DNA of 33,028 nucleotides, taken from positions 1-33,028 of the forward strand of contig JTLS01000087.1 of assembly GCA_000826855.1 (NCBI GenBank), in the 5' to 3' direction. The DNA comes from Basidioascus undulatus. Lineage: Eukaryota. Shown piece after piece: positions 10,299 to 22,318 of this stretch. How positions within the stretch are numbered: position 1 is the stretch's first letter; each line of letters starts with the position of its first letter. The notes below the pieces were generated by a model that saw nothing but the letters and a program-made list of their open reading frames with translations, did no database searches and had not been told where the DNA came from. The position numbers and the translations under genes are program-made.

Positions 10299-12331
10299 CT
10301 ATACATCCTCCTTCCCTTCTGCGGCCGCCTGCGAGCCTTCTACTGCTGGCGCCTCGAAAGGATAAAACCCTTCGGTCCTGGGTCCAGCGCTGATGCCCAT
10401 CACCTTGTACTGCTGCCCCATCCCGTCCGTGTCGACGAGCCTGCGCGCGCCGCTGGCGATCTCCCTGCGACGCTCGGGCGACGCGGCATTCTTCAGCAAG
10501 ACGTCCAGCCGCGGGGCGAGTCCGAGCTGGAGGAGGAAGTCGCGCTGCGTAATCGGGCCGAGGGCATGCGCTGAAGGGAAACAGGGGAAGTCAGGGCAAA
10601 CGACTTTGAAGGCTCTTTGGGTAGCACGCACCGATCGGACCCATCGCTTCACGCAGGTACGCAAAGTCCACGTCGGCCGTAAGATCACAGTTGCCGGGAT
10701 CGTCGAGCACGCCGACTTGCTTGTGATTCCGGAATGCCTGTCAACGCGCGAAGAAACAGGAGTCAGAGCCGACCACGCGGCAACAACGCGATGAGCGCCA
10801 GATGAGCGTGGAGCAACTTACTCTGAACGAGTCCCCAGCGACCTTGTCGTCGCCGTAATCTACGACAAGTCCTACGCCTCCAGGCCCGCCTTCGACCCCC
10901 CGAAGCAGCTCCGCAACGCCGTGCGCTGCCGACCACGATTCGGGCGAGATCTCGAGCTTGCTTCCTGGCGGGAGAGCCAAGAAGCGGGGAGAAGACATCG
11001 GGAGGACTTGCGAGTACGCGCCGCCGCTTCGGGAGCGGACGAGCCGCAGCTCGGTGGAGGAGGGGGCGGGGGATGAGGAAGTCGAGGGCGCGATCGAGGA
11101 CATGTCGGCTTGGGATGCTGGGGACGGGGATGCAAATTCGGAAGGAGGGAGGGGTGAAACGTTGGCTTGAGAAGCGGCAGGGGCGACGGCGCCGCCGGTC
11201 TCTGCGGCTTCGGCGGACCTGTCGATGGGCAGGTAGGTTAAGCTTCGAAAGTTGGGGAGGAAAGGAAAGGACCCACGCTTCAGGCGAGGTTTCGGGGCGT
11301 TCCAGATCTACCATAACTTCGGTAAAGCCTTTGTCGGTTTTCTAAGGCGCCTCGACACGGTCAGCGCTACGAAACAGCGCTACCCTGGCAGAGACGGCCC
11401 ACCTCGAACACGTGAATCGGGAGTGCATCGAAGAACTCGTGCGCCACAAGCATGGTGAATTCGTCCGCTACGAGTACCCGAGTCGTTTTAGCCACCGTTC
11501 TTGGCTACGGATGCCGCAAGACTGTTGTGCGCACTTTTCGGAATGTCCTGCACACGCCCATGCCACTCTAGCTTCGGGCCGCCCTGGAGCGTCGTCGCCT
11601 GCACCGAGCGAAGCGTCTCACTGTTCTCGACAAGATGAACAGACGCGATGGAGTCTCGAGCCTCCTTGAAGGTCGACAGTGTCTGTTTGAGGGGTAGCGG
11701 GGTGAGCTTGCAGCATGACCAGGAGGAGGACGCGCGATGGGGCATACCCGCAGAATATCAGACATCAGCGTTCCCCGGCCGGGACCGAGCTCAACCAACC
11801 TCGCCCGCTGAGGCTTTCTGGCGGCCAACCACTGCGTCATGAACCAGATCCCGACGAGCTGCAGCGACCCGGCTGCACGTGAGCTTCTTGCAGTTGCCGA
11901 GGGTGCGCGAACGCACCTCGCCGAAAACCTGACTGATCTCGGGAGAGGTAATAAAGTCGCCTCGCGTTCCGAAGACATCTTGATTAGGTCGCGAGTAGTA
12001 TCCCTCGGTCGGGTGACCGACGCAGATGGACATGTACCGCGCGATGGTCAGCGGGCCGGTGGCCTGGACGAAGACAGAAGATGGGTGTGGAGCCACGAAA
12101 GTCAGCGGGACACCTTCTATGAGCGAGCAAAAGGCGATCTCCCACTTTGATCGAATCAGCGATGATGCGCTTTAGAGAGGTTGCATCGCTCTTGACAGCG
12201 TCGACGGCCGAAGTGGGCCCGTCCAACCCCGCTGACGAGGACTGCCAGCGCCGGAATGACCCGCAAGCGCGAGGTACGGACGATCGAAGGGAGCGGGTTA
12301 GTAAGGAGGTATGTGAGCGTAGACAGGACAT
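10299..12331 (-). CDS. NDUFAF7: Mitochondrial SAM-dependent arginine methyltransferase NDUFAF7/MidA (complex I assembly), multi-exon
   Basis: Mitochondrial presequence MSCLRSHTSLLTRSLR and motifs GPLTIARYM..GYY, FGTRGDFITSPEISQVFGE, LVELGPGRGTLMSDILR, VAHEFFDALP, VVDYG, PGNCDLTADVDF, GPITQRDFL, GMGQQYKV. Confidence 0.95.
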
Positions 12332-13416
12332 TTGAGGATAATTGAGGGGTGACGATGAAGGAAGAAGACAGAAAGGACGATGCGAGTTGCGAGAGGTCGC
12401 CAGGCCTTGACCGGCCGGTCGACTACGCGACGGCACAGCGCCAATCAATGAAGAACGCCTGTTCGCCAAATGCTGTAAACCGAAAACGCCTGGAGACCTT
12501 GAGACTATCCGGCCATTCATCTATCCAAGGCTGACTATACTGCACGTAACTCAAGGTCGAACCGACGCTCAAGGTGCTCCGAAACGCCTACGGTTCCGAG
12601 CAAGTTGTGACCCGCACCACTCAAGTTTGGGGTGACTGCCCGGCACTGACCGATTATTTATGAAATAGGTAGGAGTAGAATTTATCATACCCACTGTCTC
12701 ACTTGCGGTGGCGAAGTTCAATCAGCTCGCTCCCAGACACTGACCCCATCCGAGCTTCAGCTGACTTGACACCTGCCTGGTACCACACCTGCCTTACTTT
12801 AAGGAAGCTGTACAGAATGTGAGGTAAATAGCGTTGCTCCAAGGCGCAAATCCTTCCTGCCGTTAGTCGTTCCTAGCCGGCTTGGTGATGCTGATGTTCT
12901 GAGTCTCCGTCCTGCCAGCGCATTCTAGTTCTTTGGTGATTCATGTGAATTTTAAAACGTATTATTAAAACTGGTTTCATTAAGATTTTTCGTACAGTAC
13001 TGGTCTGCCTTTCACTTATTTCCTCGCTGCGTCTTCTGTTCTCGCTAGCTGCCTGGCTGCCTTACCAGATGCCTTCAGGTTGGGGAAGAGTTGAATGGCA
13101 CTTGCTGTTTTATAAACCGCACGGGCTTTCTCGCTGCGGACTGCTGTTGGCGAAGTCGATCCGCGAATGGTATCATTAATCGGGGCAGTTCGCTGCGTTC
13201 CCTGGCGCTCTGCAGTTCCGTCCTGGCTACACCGCGTTAAGACCAGTCTCTACATTCGTTGCTATTATAGTGGAATATATGCGGATCACGAACAAGTTTA
13301 GACAATCGTGGCTTGGCTTTCAGGCCGGACGGCTCGTTCGAGCTTTTGCTGCTCCAAAGGCCGCCCTGCCTTACATGATCTTTACATGAAAAGATTCTGC
13401 ACAGCTCTGTCAAGCT

Positions 13417-13488
13417 GGTTGAATATTATAATGGCTAGTACATGGGATTCTGATTCCCAGGATCTGGGTTCGATCCCCAGTTCGACCT
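13417..13488 (+). tRNA. tRNA-Gln (anticodon CTG), intronless, with atypical T at position 10
   Basis: Acceptor GGTTGAA/TTCGACC; anticodon arm TGGGA-TTCTGAT-TCCCA (CTG at 13450-13452); T arm CTGGG-TTCGATC-CCCAG; followed by a TTCTTTT Pol III terminator-like run. The D stem TTAT/GTAC has a T10-C25 mismatch. Confidence 0.85.
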
Positions 13489-13777
13489 TCTTTTGCTTCT
13501 CCATACTTGTTGGAGTAAGGCCGACGCAAGCGCGGCAGGACCGATTCCCCCTCTAAGCCAACCTACAGGTTTGCGTAGTTCAGAAAGAAGCTTTGTAGGT
13601 GTTTTAGAAAGGGAACAGATTTGTATGGCAAAAAGGACTGCTATGCACTGCCGTTGGCTCAGCTGGGTATTGTTCTTGTCTAGTTGGTATACTACTTGGG
13701 ATTACACCTTGGAGCTATCAAGAATTCTCAACTTGATGTTCACTTGAAATTGAGGCAAGCCAGGGGCTATACCAAGC

Positions 13778-15630
13778 TCATAAATCAACATTTACCCACT
13801 TCGTCAGGTTAGCCGCCTTCAGACTCCATGCCCAGGAGAAGAACAGGACTGCAGCATGTATGATAGCTTCTGAGCAGTGCTTCATCCTTAGATAGCAAGA
13901 CAACGAAGGGAGAAGGTTGGCCATAGCAACAGTTGGCAGATGTACAAGCCTTAGACAGGCTGCAAGGAACGTTATCTGTTCCATGTCTGTTCTCTTCAGC
14001 TTGCTACCATATTGCACATATGACCAATTTTCTTCAAATTTATTTGAACACAAGTGCTGGCAGAAAGAAAGAAAAGCCTTAGGTTTGTAGCTTACATGCA
14101 GAACCGCACTGGGACAGCAGAGTTGAGGCTTCCACCTACTCCTGTTTTTAAGCAGCACCATCATGAAACACTTTGACAAAGCACTTCTAAAAGCAGTTAA
14201 AAAAGGCGGGCGTAAGATTACTTTTAAAACATAATGATTGATGAGTGGTGCACTGTTGAGGTGGACTGATACGGTTTGATGGGCAAGGCACTGCTTGCCG
14301 TGGACAAGCCACGGAACGCATCGCTTATTCACAAAGTAACTGTGATTCTTACGGGAAAATGACGACACCGATTCCGTCTTCTTTCCTCATGTGAATCGGA
14401 ACTTGGGCCGCTACAACAAGTGTGCAAGTGCGGACACCGATGCACTCTTTCTCTTTTGCCTCGCACGGGACAGCTCCAATACCAAGATATTTAAAGTTCC
14501 CCAACAAATTCTTGGCTGTAATGATATCATCTACAGCCAAAAGCGGCAGTACCGAAGACCAAATGAGCCAAACTTGTGAGGGGAGCCTGGCAAGGCCAAT
14601 CACGAGCTATGGAGTCATATGGCATTATAACCTTCTGAAAGGGATATTTTAGATGGGCTAGACAGATCCCAACGGCCGCTGTGCCTACGGCCGCATCAAG
14701 GATGCACTCATGGGCCGCAGAAGACATCTTTCAACCTTGACCAGGACAATGTTTCCTGCCACCTCCCATTGTTGACTTACTCAGGTGCTTATTTCCCTTG
14801 AGTAGCTGATAGAACTTCACTTGAGCTTCATAGTACTTAAGAGGTTTCTGATCGCACATGCACGCTGGCACGGCTAGGGTAGAGGGACAGCCTGGTGAGC
14901 AAACAAGATTGAGACCACACAGTATGCGCCGACCATGGCATGGCTGCACGGATCTGGAGTAATGGCTATTCCCCCTTTGTTCAAGAATTTTTTATCCATC
15001 ATGACAGCCTGCAGACGGCTTCCCAATACTCTTCTGCACCCTGGTCAGTGTAGCTGATCGACAATGTTTTTATACGGATGCGAGCTTGTCCATCCACAAC
15101 CTCAATTTGAACTCAACTTTGTTCAATAAATTATCACTCCAATCCGTGAATCAGACCGCCCAAATTCAGATAACCCATCCAACAGGTCCTGGGCAAAAAA
15201 TACCCGATGGTGACCATTGGTAGAGCTCTTGCCGTGGCGCTTTGGGCAAGTAGCTGGAGTACCTCACGCGAGGAGGTCCAAATTGATAAAAATTATGATC
15301 TTTTTCAGGCCTGGTAGTTTCAGCGGCATGTAAGTAAATTTGGGTGGGGACGCGAAACTCTAGGACACAAGAACAAGCCTGGTGACCCAGACACGGCGCT
15401 GTCACATGTTTGAGCCCAGTGGCCTTTGTAAAGTTCCCTTTAAGAGAAATATCATGTTGGAGTGTGGTGAGAAATGCAGTCCCTGAGGCGATGGGAACGC
15501 CGTGCGCAGAGGCATCACTGCAAACGTCAAATGACAGCCAATCATGGAAGTTTCTTCGAAGAACAATGCCATTCTCGCTGACACTTTCGCAGTGTCGCTT
15601 ACAAAGGGCTTTCAAGGCAGGCTGCAGCAC
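13778..15630 (-). pseudogene. Strongly CpG-depleted decayed coding region; the 3' part (13778-14368) resembles a BTB/POZ domain
   Basis: A chain of minus-strand ORFs (154, 72, 66, 84 and 196 aa) in AT-richer DNA. The 196-aa ORF reads HYVLKVIL..RSALSKCFMMVL..VSYKPKAFLSFCQHLCS..MEQITFLAACLRLVHLPTVAMANLLPSLS, which fits the BTB helix pattern if C>T/G>A changes are reverted. The upstream ORFs are unidentified. Confidence 0.45.
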
Positions 15631-15695
15631 CTTTCTCTGAGTCTTATTCGCTCAAGCAGCAAACCTGCTCTACTGAGCGCGAGGATCACATGCAG

Positions 15696-17072
15696 GTTGC
15701 GACGCGCTGGAATCGCATTCACCGCCGCCCTCTGGTTCTCGTGTACGTCGATTCGGCTCCGCCTAGGACGGGCTCAATTTTTTTCCAGCTCAAATCCCTT
15801 TCCTCAACTCCCACGCCCTGCGAGCAGATTCAACAAGCTCAATATCCTACCTGACGACGACGACGGGATCTCGCTCGTTCACTTATTTCAGCAGCGTGCC
15901 GAGGCTTGGGCGGAGAACCGCATCGTCACCTGCATCTTCACGTAGGTGGAAGTCATTTCCCAAATATGTGCAAGTGCTCAATCCCTACCTCCGACCGAAC
16001 AGATCCAACGACTTCAACATGTTCGACCAGATGAAGCGGTTCGCCTCCCGTCTCAATGTCGTCTCGTTCAAGGATCTCCGCCCACAGGAGGTCCGTCACG
16101 TTTCGCCTAAAACACCGCACGCAAACGTGTCGTCTCACGCCTGGTTCCGCTATGCAGTTTATGCTGGCCCTGGCTGACATGCAGTCTAGTGCCGGTCTGA
16201 CGGCCTCGCCGAAAGACCTGCGCAAGTGCTACCAGATCCTCGGCGGACGGCTCAGCTTTATCAACGAGATCGTCGGACAGCCTGATCTAGTTTGTATGTG
16301 GTTTATATGTCTTGCCAGTGCGTGTGTATTGGCTGAAGCTCTAGAAATTGCGCAGGGCCGCCTTTCCAGAACGAAAAGGCGTAGTTGTTGTCGCAGATTG
16401 GACTCATTCCTAACGTCCGCCCTCTCGTCACCCTTATGGTAGATGCGCCTGACACTCTGTGAAACAGTTCCACGACGACGTGATCAACAAGCAGAAGTAC
16501 GCGGCCTCGTCATGGCTGCTTCTTCGGGAAATTGACCGCTTGACGAAAATTCAGGACGGCGAGCTCGATGAAGAGGTGCGCCCAATGCAACTCGATCACA
16601 GAGCACAGGGAGTCTGGAATGGCCGTTTGCCTGAGGTCTCTGGGGATGACTACTTCCAGATCAAGGCCTACAAGCTGGACGAAGTTGACGAGAAGCAGCT
16701 CGTTTGCGGCATGAAATGGCGGACGCCGGCGGTCAGCATTTACCGAGCAAGGCAGATCATGATGTGTGCCCCTTTGCCATGCTTCTTGCCTGCCGAACAG
16801 TCCTCACACCTACGCATTGGACCTACAGGCGCCCCGATTTCATCGCTCGGCTTGATGAGATCAACGTGATCAAGATCGACATCGTCTCGAATGATTGGTC
16901 CTTCTGAAAATTGTCTCTGACCCAGGTTTCTAGCATACGTATCGACAACAAGCTTCTTCTGCGCGTCTTCCGGGAGGTCTGCGAGGAAGCTGGCTTTCAG
17001 AAGCAGCTTGGCTCTGTCTTGCAGCGGATTGAAGAGGTTGAGGCATTGAAGCGGCCCAGGGAGATCGTCTAT
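15696..17072 (+). pseudogene. 5'-truncated, intron-containing pseudogene of the fungal AAA-ATPase/C-terminal winged-helix family
   Basis: Exon pieces: VATRWNRIHRRPLVLV; NILPDDDDGISLVHLFQQRAEAWA; NDFNMFDQMKRFASRLNVVSFKDL; ILGGRLSFINEI; EKA*LLSQIGLIP (TAG at 16382-16384 where W is expected); FHDDVINKQKYAASSWLLL; RPDFIARLDEINVIKID; IEEVEALKRPREI. No upstream exons are visible. Confidence 0.7.
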
Positions 17073-17509
17073 GTATGTAAAGGAGGCGGCCACAGGGGAG
17101 GGCCAGTGAATCCAGTGCAGATAAATCTTGCCTTCAACTTCCTGGCGAGATTGTTGGGAGTCTGTTCTCTTGATAGAAAAACCCAAGAAAGGTGCTTGAG
17201 AAGTACACGCGCCAGGGACGCGACTGACTTCACGCGCACGTGTCTCCCTCTTTACGCGCTCATCACAGCCCCTATCCATCCACATTCCCCTCTCCGCTCG
17301 GAACTCCAGTCCAGTGCGCTTGCAAGGGAGGGGCGGTCTGTTCGTGAATCTGACCATCTTGGCTTTCCCCTCCATCAACGCGTTCCTCGTGCTCGCATCC
17401 CCCCTCAAACCATCGAAATTTCACGTTTCTCTCGTCTTCGACCATCTCCCTCAGCTTAACGGGTTCTTCTGTATCTTCACCGCCTGCGTCGGACTCGAAG
17501 TCGATCACG

Positions 17510-20186
17510 ATGCTGTCGCGCAAGCGGTTCACGCTGAGCTCCACGCCAGCGACAGCCGCGACCGTCGCTCCTCCCTCTCAACAAGCCCCAATCCGCTACG
17601 ACGCCCCGCCGAGCCGGCCTTTCGCTCAGCTCGGCAACGGCCCACCGCCTTCCCCATCGTCCTCTTCGCGTGCCCCACTGAGCTATTCCGAGTCGCCCAC
17701 GGCGATTCCACCGCCGCTTGGGGCGCCCCAGGCACAGGCGCTGGGTGCTGCGGAGGGACCGGCGTTGGAGCGCAAGGAGCTGCATCGTAGTTTGGACAGC
17801 ATCCAGGCTTTGTTGGCCGCGCTGAACGAGTATCGGGAGCTCAATGTCCTTTTGGCCAAGGTGAGTAACTGTCTTGAGTAACTGACTTGAACGATGGCGC
17901 AGGGGCACTTGCTAAGATGGCGATATGCTTTCCTAGGCCGAGAAGAAGCTGGGCAAAGCGTGTAAAGACATCTCGGTCATCAAGGGTGTAGCCGACGCGC
18001 CGTGTATGTCGAAACCATTCGCAGACAAACCTTTCCCGTGGCTCACTGAGTTTCGCACCTTCACAGCGAAGACGCTCGCGCAGGCCGCGGCGTTGTACGA
18101 GCAGCTCTCCGACGTTTCGTCCAAGTTCTCCAAGGGCGTACAAAAGGACTACGAGACGCTCAACGACGGAATGGGCAAGTTCTTCAAGCGTGTAGCCGTG
18201 CGTCCAAAGCCCTTTGTTCTAGATTATCGGCCACGCATCGCTGACGATGCCTGAGCGAACAGAAAGAGGAACGGGCTCATGACGACTACGTCGAGAGGTT
18301 GGACCGGGAGGTGAAGAAAGCCGGTGCGTTCTTCTAAACGGTGTCGGTTGTGAGGTTGCAGTTCTGAGGCGTGATTCTTTAGGCGCTGCGTACGAGAAGA
18401 AAGCCAAAAAGAAGGACCGCGATGTCGGTATCGCTCACGAGGTGTGCTCGTTCCCATCTCGCGATCGTTTCGCTCCTCCAGTCTAACAGCACTCCCTCTC
18501 AGCACTACATCCACCTCCTCACGACCCTCGGCGCTCAAATCGCGTCCTCCAAAACCGCGCACGTCTTCTCCCTGTCCACCCTCCACCTCAACGCGACCCA
18601 CCAAATCGGCGCGACTCTTTCGCGATCGGCCGCAGACGAGTTTACGCGCTCCTGCGAAGCCGTCCGTCGCGTGGGGCCGGGCATCGGGCGGCTGCACGAA
18701 TGGGCGAACTTCTGCGTCGTCGGCACCGTCAGTGCGCAGCCCGCAGACCTCCCGGACTACGACAAGGAGGTGGAGGAGTACGACCAGCGGACGGTGCGTT
18801 CGAAGGCGTCCAGCGAGGACCAGTCGACGCGCGCGACGTTGCGATCCCTGGCGAGCCTCAATGGGGACGACGAGAAGACGATTCGGTACTCGAGCACGCA
18901 GCGTCCGCCGCTCCCCAGCCCGCCCGACATGAGCGGCTCGTCGAGGGCTCCGCTGCCTGCGCTCGACGCTCGAGGGCAGGAACGCGCGTCGCCGCAGACG
19001 CAGCAGCAGCTGCTCGACCAGGCGACGGAGATGATGCGTCAAGCTTTCGCTGCCGCGCCTCAGCAACAGGCTCAGCAGCAGCAGCAGCCTCGGCAAGCAC
19101 CGGCACCGCAGCAGCAACAGCCACCCTCGCCCGCTCGGCGTCCAGACCCGCCGAAGCAGACAGTCTCGTTCGCTGAACGCGATCCGAGCATAATCGGTCG
19201 TCAGGAGCCGAGCGAGGACTCGTACATCGAGGGCTCCCCCTCGTCGCTCCCCGATTCCCTCGTCGCCGGTAACGGCGCTGGCGGCCGAGCGTCCCCCCGC
19301 TCTCCTCCCGAGCCCCGCATCCTCTCGCCCGCCGCGCGCCACCCAGGCTCCACCACCGGCTCCCTCGCATCAACGATCTCTGACGAGTCGCTTCGTACGC
19401 CGCACGACGTTTCACCTCTGCCGACGCGGCGCTCGCCGCCGCCTATCCTGCGCGACGGACCAATGAGCAAGCAGTGGGGCGGTGGAGTCGAGCCGCAGCC
19501 GTTCCCCGAGGCGTCGTGGGAGGATGCAGACTTGGACGCGGAGATCGAGCAGCTCAAGTCTGCTGGGCGCGCGGGACGCGTCGAGCGCAGCATGAGCGTG
19601 TCCAGCGTCTCGAGCCAGCGCTCGTTCGTCGCCGAGATGCGGGAGCGCTACACAGAGAAGATCAAGCAGGCTGTGGTATGTTTTCCGCTTCTAAGCACGC
19701 TGCATCAAACGTCTGGATTGACGCATCCCATTTCCTTCGCAGCCTCCGTCCTCTCCTCCATCTGAAATGCCGCGCTCTAGCCGGCGCGTGAGCGATCTCG
19801 CGTTCCGATACAACCCCGTCAACGATGCTCCCCCTCCTTCCTCGTCCTCGGGCTCCATTCGGCCGGCTCCTACACGCTCCTCGACCCAGCCGTCGATCGA
19901 CTCCGAGTGGATGCCGCCTCCGCGCGGACGCTACGTGGCACAGCATGGCTCCATCGCGTCCAACTCGAGCTACGGCAGCGGCTCGTACGTGTCGCGGAAC
20001 GCGCTGCAGCGCGAGCGCGAGGGGTTCTCGAGTGTCAAGATGAATGCGCCGCTCGATGAGATCCAGGCGTACGCGCGGAGGAGCTTCGACAGCTTGCCGG
20101 ACCGTGCGGCTGGACGTGTGAGTCTTGTTTATCAAGGCAATGCGTATGTTCCTCCTGCTGATCAGCGTCGCCTGCAGGCCATCTGA
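17510..20186 (+). CDS. IMD/I-BAR-like (Ivy1-like) helical protein with long low-complexity tails, multi-exon
   Basis: Exons splice into frame: RKELHRSLDSIQALLAALNEYRE..AEKKLGKACKD..LYEQLSDVSSKFSKGVQKDYETLND..KEERAHDDYVERLDREVKKAGAAYEKKAKK..HYIHLLTTLG..EFTRSCEAVRRVGPGIGRLHEW, followed by a P/S/Q-rich C-terminus. The family assignment is from helix pattern only. Confidence 0.7.
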
Positions 20187-20576
20187 GTGACTCACGACGC
20201 ACGCTTTGCTCTCCTCCTTCCATCTTCTTTCTTCCCGTCATACGCCTCGAATTTCTGCGCACTATGTTTCTTATCTTACACGAACTCTCATATTCCCTTA
20301 CTTATTCTTTACGACCTATAATGACTTAACGCCCCTGCACGAACGACCACCTTTCTGCGACTGCCCTGCTTGACGGTGCCGCCTTCAAGCATGCGCGTGG
20401 CATCTGTGAAATGCATTGTATGTAATAATGCGACGATGCTTTGATAAAGGGAACAATAGATGCGAAACATTACAACATGTGGCCTGCCACTTCGTTCCAA
20501 CTCGTACCGAACGCGCATGCTCGCTTCTCCCGCTCGCAGCGCATCCATCTCTTCCCTCCTGCAACCTGACCCCCCA

Positions 20577-22318
20577 TCATTCTCCCCTCTGCACCGCGGT
20601 CAAGCTCATCCTACACATCCAGAAAGGCAGTCAGTCAACAGAATCTCGGCGCGCATAGTTATATCAAAGAAAAGAGGTACAAGAACCGCATGCTCTCCTC
20701 CGTCCTGCCCGCAAGCAGCTGCTTGACCGCCTCGGCGCTCACGAGCACCCCGCCCGCGACCGGATCGCGCCGCACGGAGCGCAGCCCGCCCTGCAGCAGC
20801 GCCGTCGCGACATGCCGTCCCAGGCGCAGCGCGACCTGCGGCGTGCCCGGGACGGCGATGCGCGAACGCACGAGGTTCCACGCTGCGCGCGGGGCGCAGA
20901 AGCCCGGCAAGGCCGGATTGGGCGGCTTAGCGGGGGAGCCGCCCTCCCCACTCCCGCCGTCTCCGCCACCGCACCCTCCGCCGCTGCTGCTGTCAGGCCC
21001 ACAGCAGCCCGTCGGGAAACTGAGAAGTTACAGTGGGCGCGTCAGCGAAACAGTGCGGGGTGCCAGTTGATGCGAGCGAGGGAGACTAACAAGTGCATCG
21101 CCCCGCCTGGATGGCACGGAGAAGGGATGGCAGCTTCGCCCAGCCCCTCGCAAAACCCGGCTAGACCCGAGTCCGGCTCGAGTGGGAGCGGCGGGAGCGT
21201 CACAAGCGCCGGGTCGGAGAGCACGGGTGACGGCGACGTCTCGGTCTTGAGCTCGGGCACCGCGGGCGACGCAGAGTAGGAGCGCTGATATGGTTGAGGG
21301 GAGATGGGCAGGGGCGGTAGGGAGCCTTGGGGAGGGAAGGAGGGCGGACAGCTGGACAGGAAGGAGGAGTGCGGTGGTGGTGGCGGAGGGTGGTATGCCG
21401 ACGGAAGGAAGGGCGCGTGAGGCGATTGAGGAGGCGGAGGAGCGTGATGTGAAAAAAAGAGTTGTGGGGGACGATGTTGTTGGTGTGGGTGTTGGGGGCG
21501 AGGATGAGGTAGAGGCTGAGGATAATGTGAGGCCTGCTGCTGCTGAGGGGGCTGCTCAGCCTGCTGCGGAGGCTGTTGCGGCGGCGGGGCGGACGGGAGT
21601 GAGGGTGATGGTTGCTGAGGAAGCGGCGAGGGATGTTGAGAGGACTGTTGCAGCGGCGGCGGAGGGGGTGGTAGTTGGGGGCTGTGAGAGGGCGGGTACG
21701 CCGGCGCGCCGGACGCCCTCGTGGGGGCGGCGGCGTCAGACCAGCCCGAATGCTCGGGCGGCGTGCCACCCTCCGGCCCGTCAGACGCTGGATCTGCCCC
21801 ATCGACTTCGCTAAGGGAGCGAGGCCGGGAGCCCGAAGCGGGAGCGAAGAGCGAGGGCGAGCCGTGGTTCGGCTCGACGACCAGCTCGGCAGGCGGGAGG
21901 CCAAGCGCCCGACGGAGTTCGTTGTTCTCTGGACGTCCTCCATGAGTTGCATCCTTCGGGGCTTAAAGGGACCTGGATGCACTCACCAGCTTCAAGCGCC
22001 TTCACCCTGTCCTCCAGCCATTGCAGGTGTGCCGCGCGGCGGGCACGAAAGCGCCGTTGTGTGTCTGTGGGTAACCGCCCATTTCGCTCGCCATCAGCCC
22101 ACCATACCAACATATTGATTGAAGAGGTTTCTGTATCGTACCACGAGCACTGTACCCATGAAAAGGAATAGGGACGTGGGTGATATGAGCAGCAGCGTGG
22201 CCTGCCCGACCCACCCAACCCCGCCATCCCAGGATAACCAATCCAGGACTTACCGGGACGGCGGAAGGTCCTCGTTGACCTTTCGGCCCCGTTTAGGCTT
22301 AGTCTTCTCGCTGGACAT
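20577..22318 (-). CDS. bZIP transcription factor (basidiomycete AP-1-like), multi-exon, includes an 8-nt microexon
   Basis: Exons 22318-22254, 22149-22142, 22064-21987 and 21928 onward splice to MSSEKTKPKRGRKVNEDLPPSRARDTQRRFRARRAAHLQWLEDRVKALEAENNELRRALGLPP (basic region plus zipper). A P/Q-rich region and C-terminal AWNLVRSRI follow. The 3' end (20577 vs 20659) and the start are uncertain. Confidence 0.85.

Noticed and set aside
12535..13400. Possible snoRNA/snRNA in the ORF-free stretch before tRNA-Gln (TGATG..CTGA near 12886-12902)
   Set aside because: The boxes are imperfect and too close together, and no guide sequence or Sm-site structure is recognisable. An Infernal/Rfam scan would be needed.
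14000..14600. Endogenous totivirus RdRp relic (AKNLLGNFKYLG; WSYVQYGS)
   Set aside because: The motif spacing does not fit and no downstream RdRp core motifs are visible. A BTB fold explains the 196-aa ORF better.
15540..15590. HNH endonuclease-like motif SVSENGIVLRRNFHDWLSFD
   Set aside because: It resembles the second half of fungal HNH_2 (NGxxLxxxxH..FD), but the upstream C..AHI half is absent. Not enough without a profile search.
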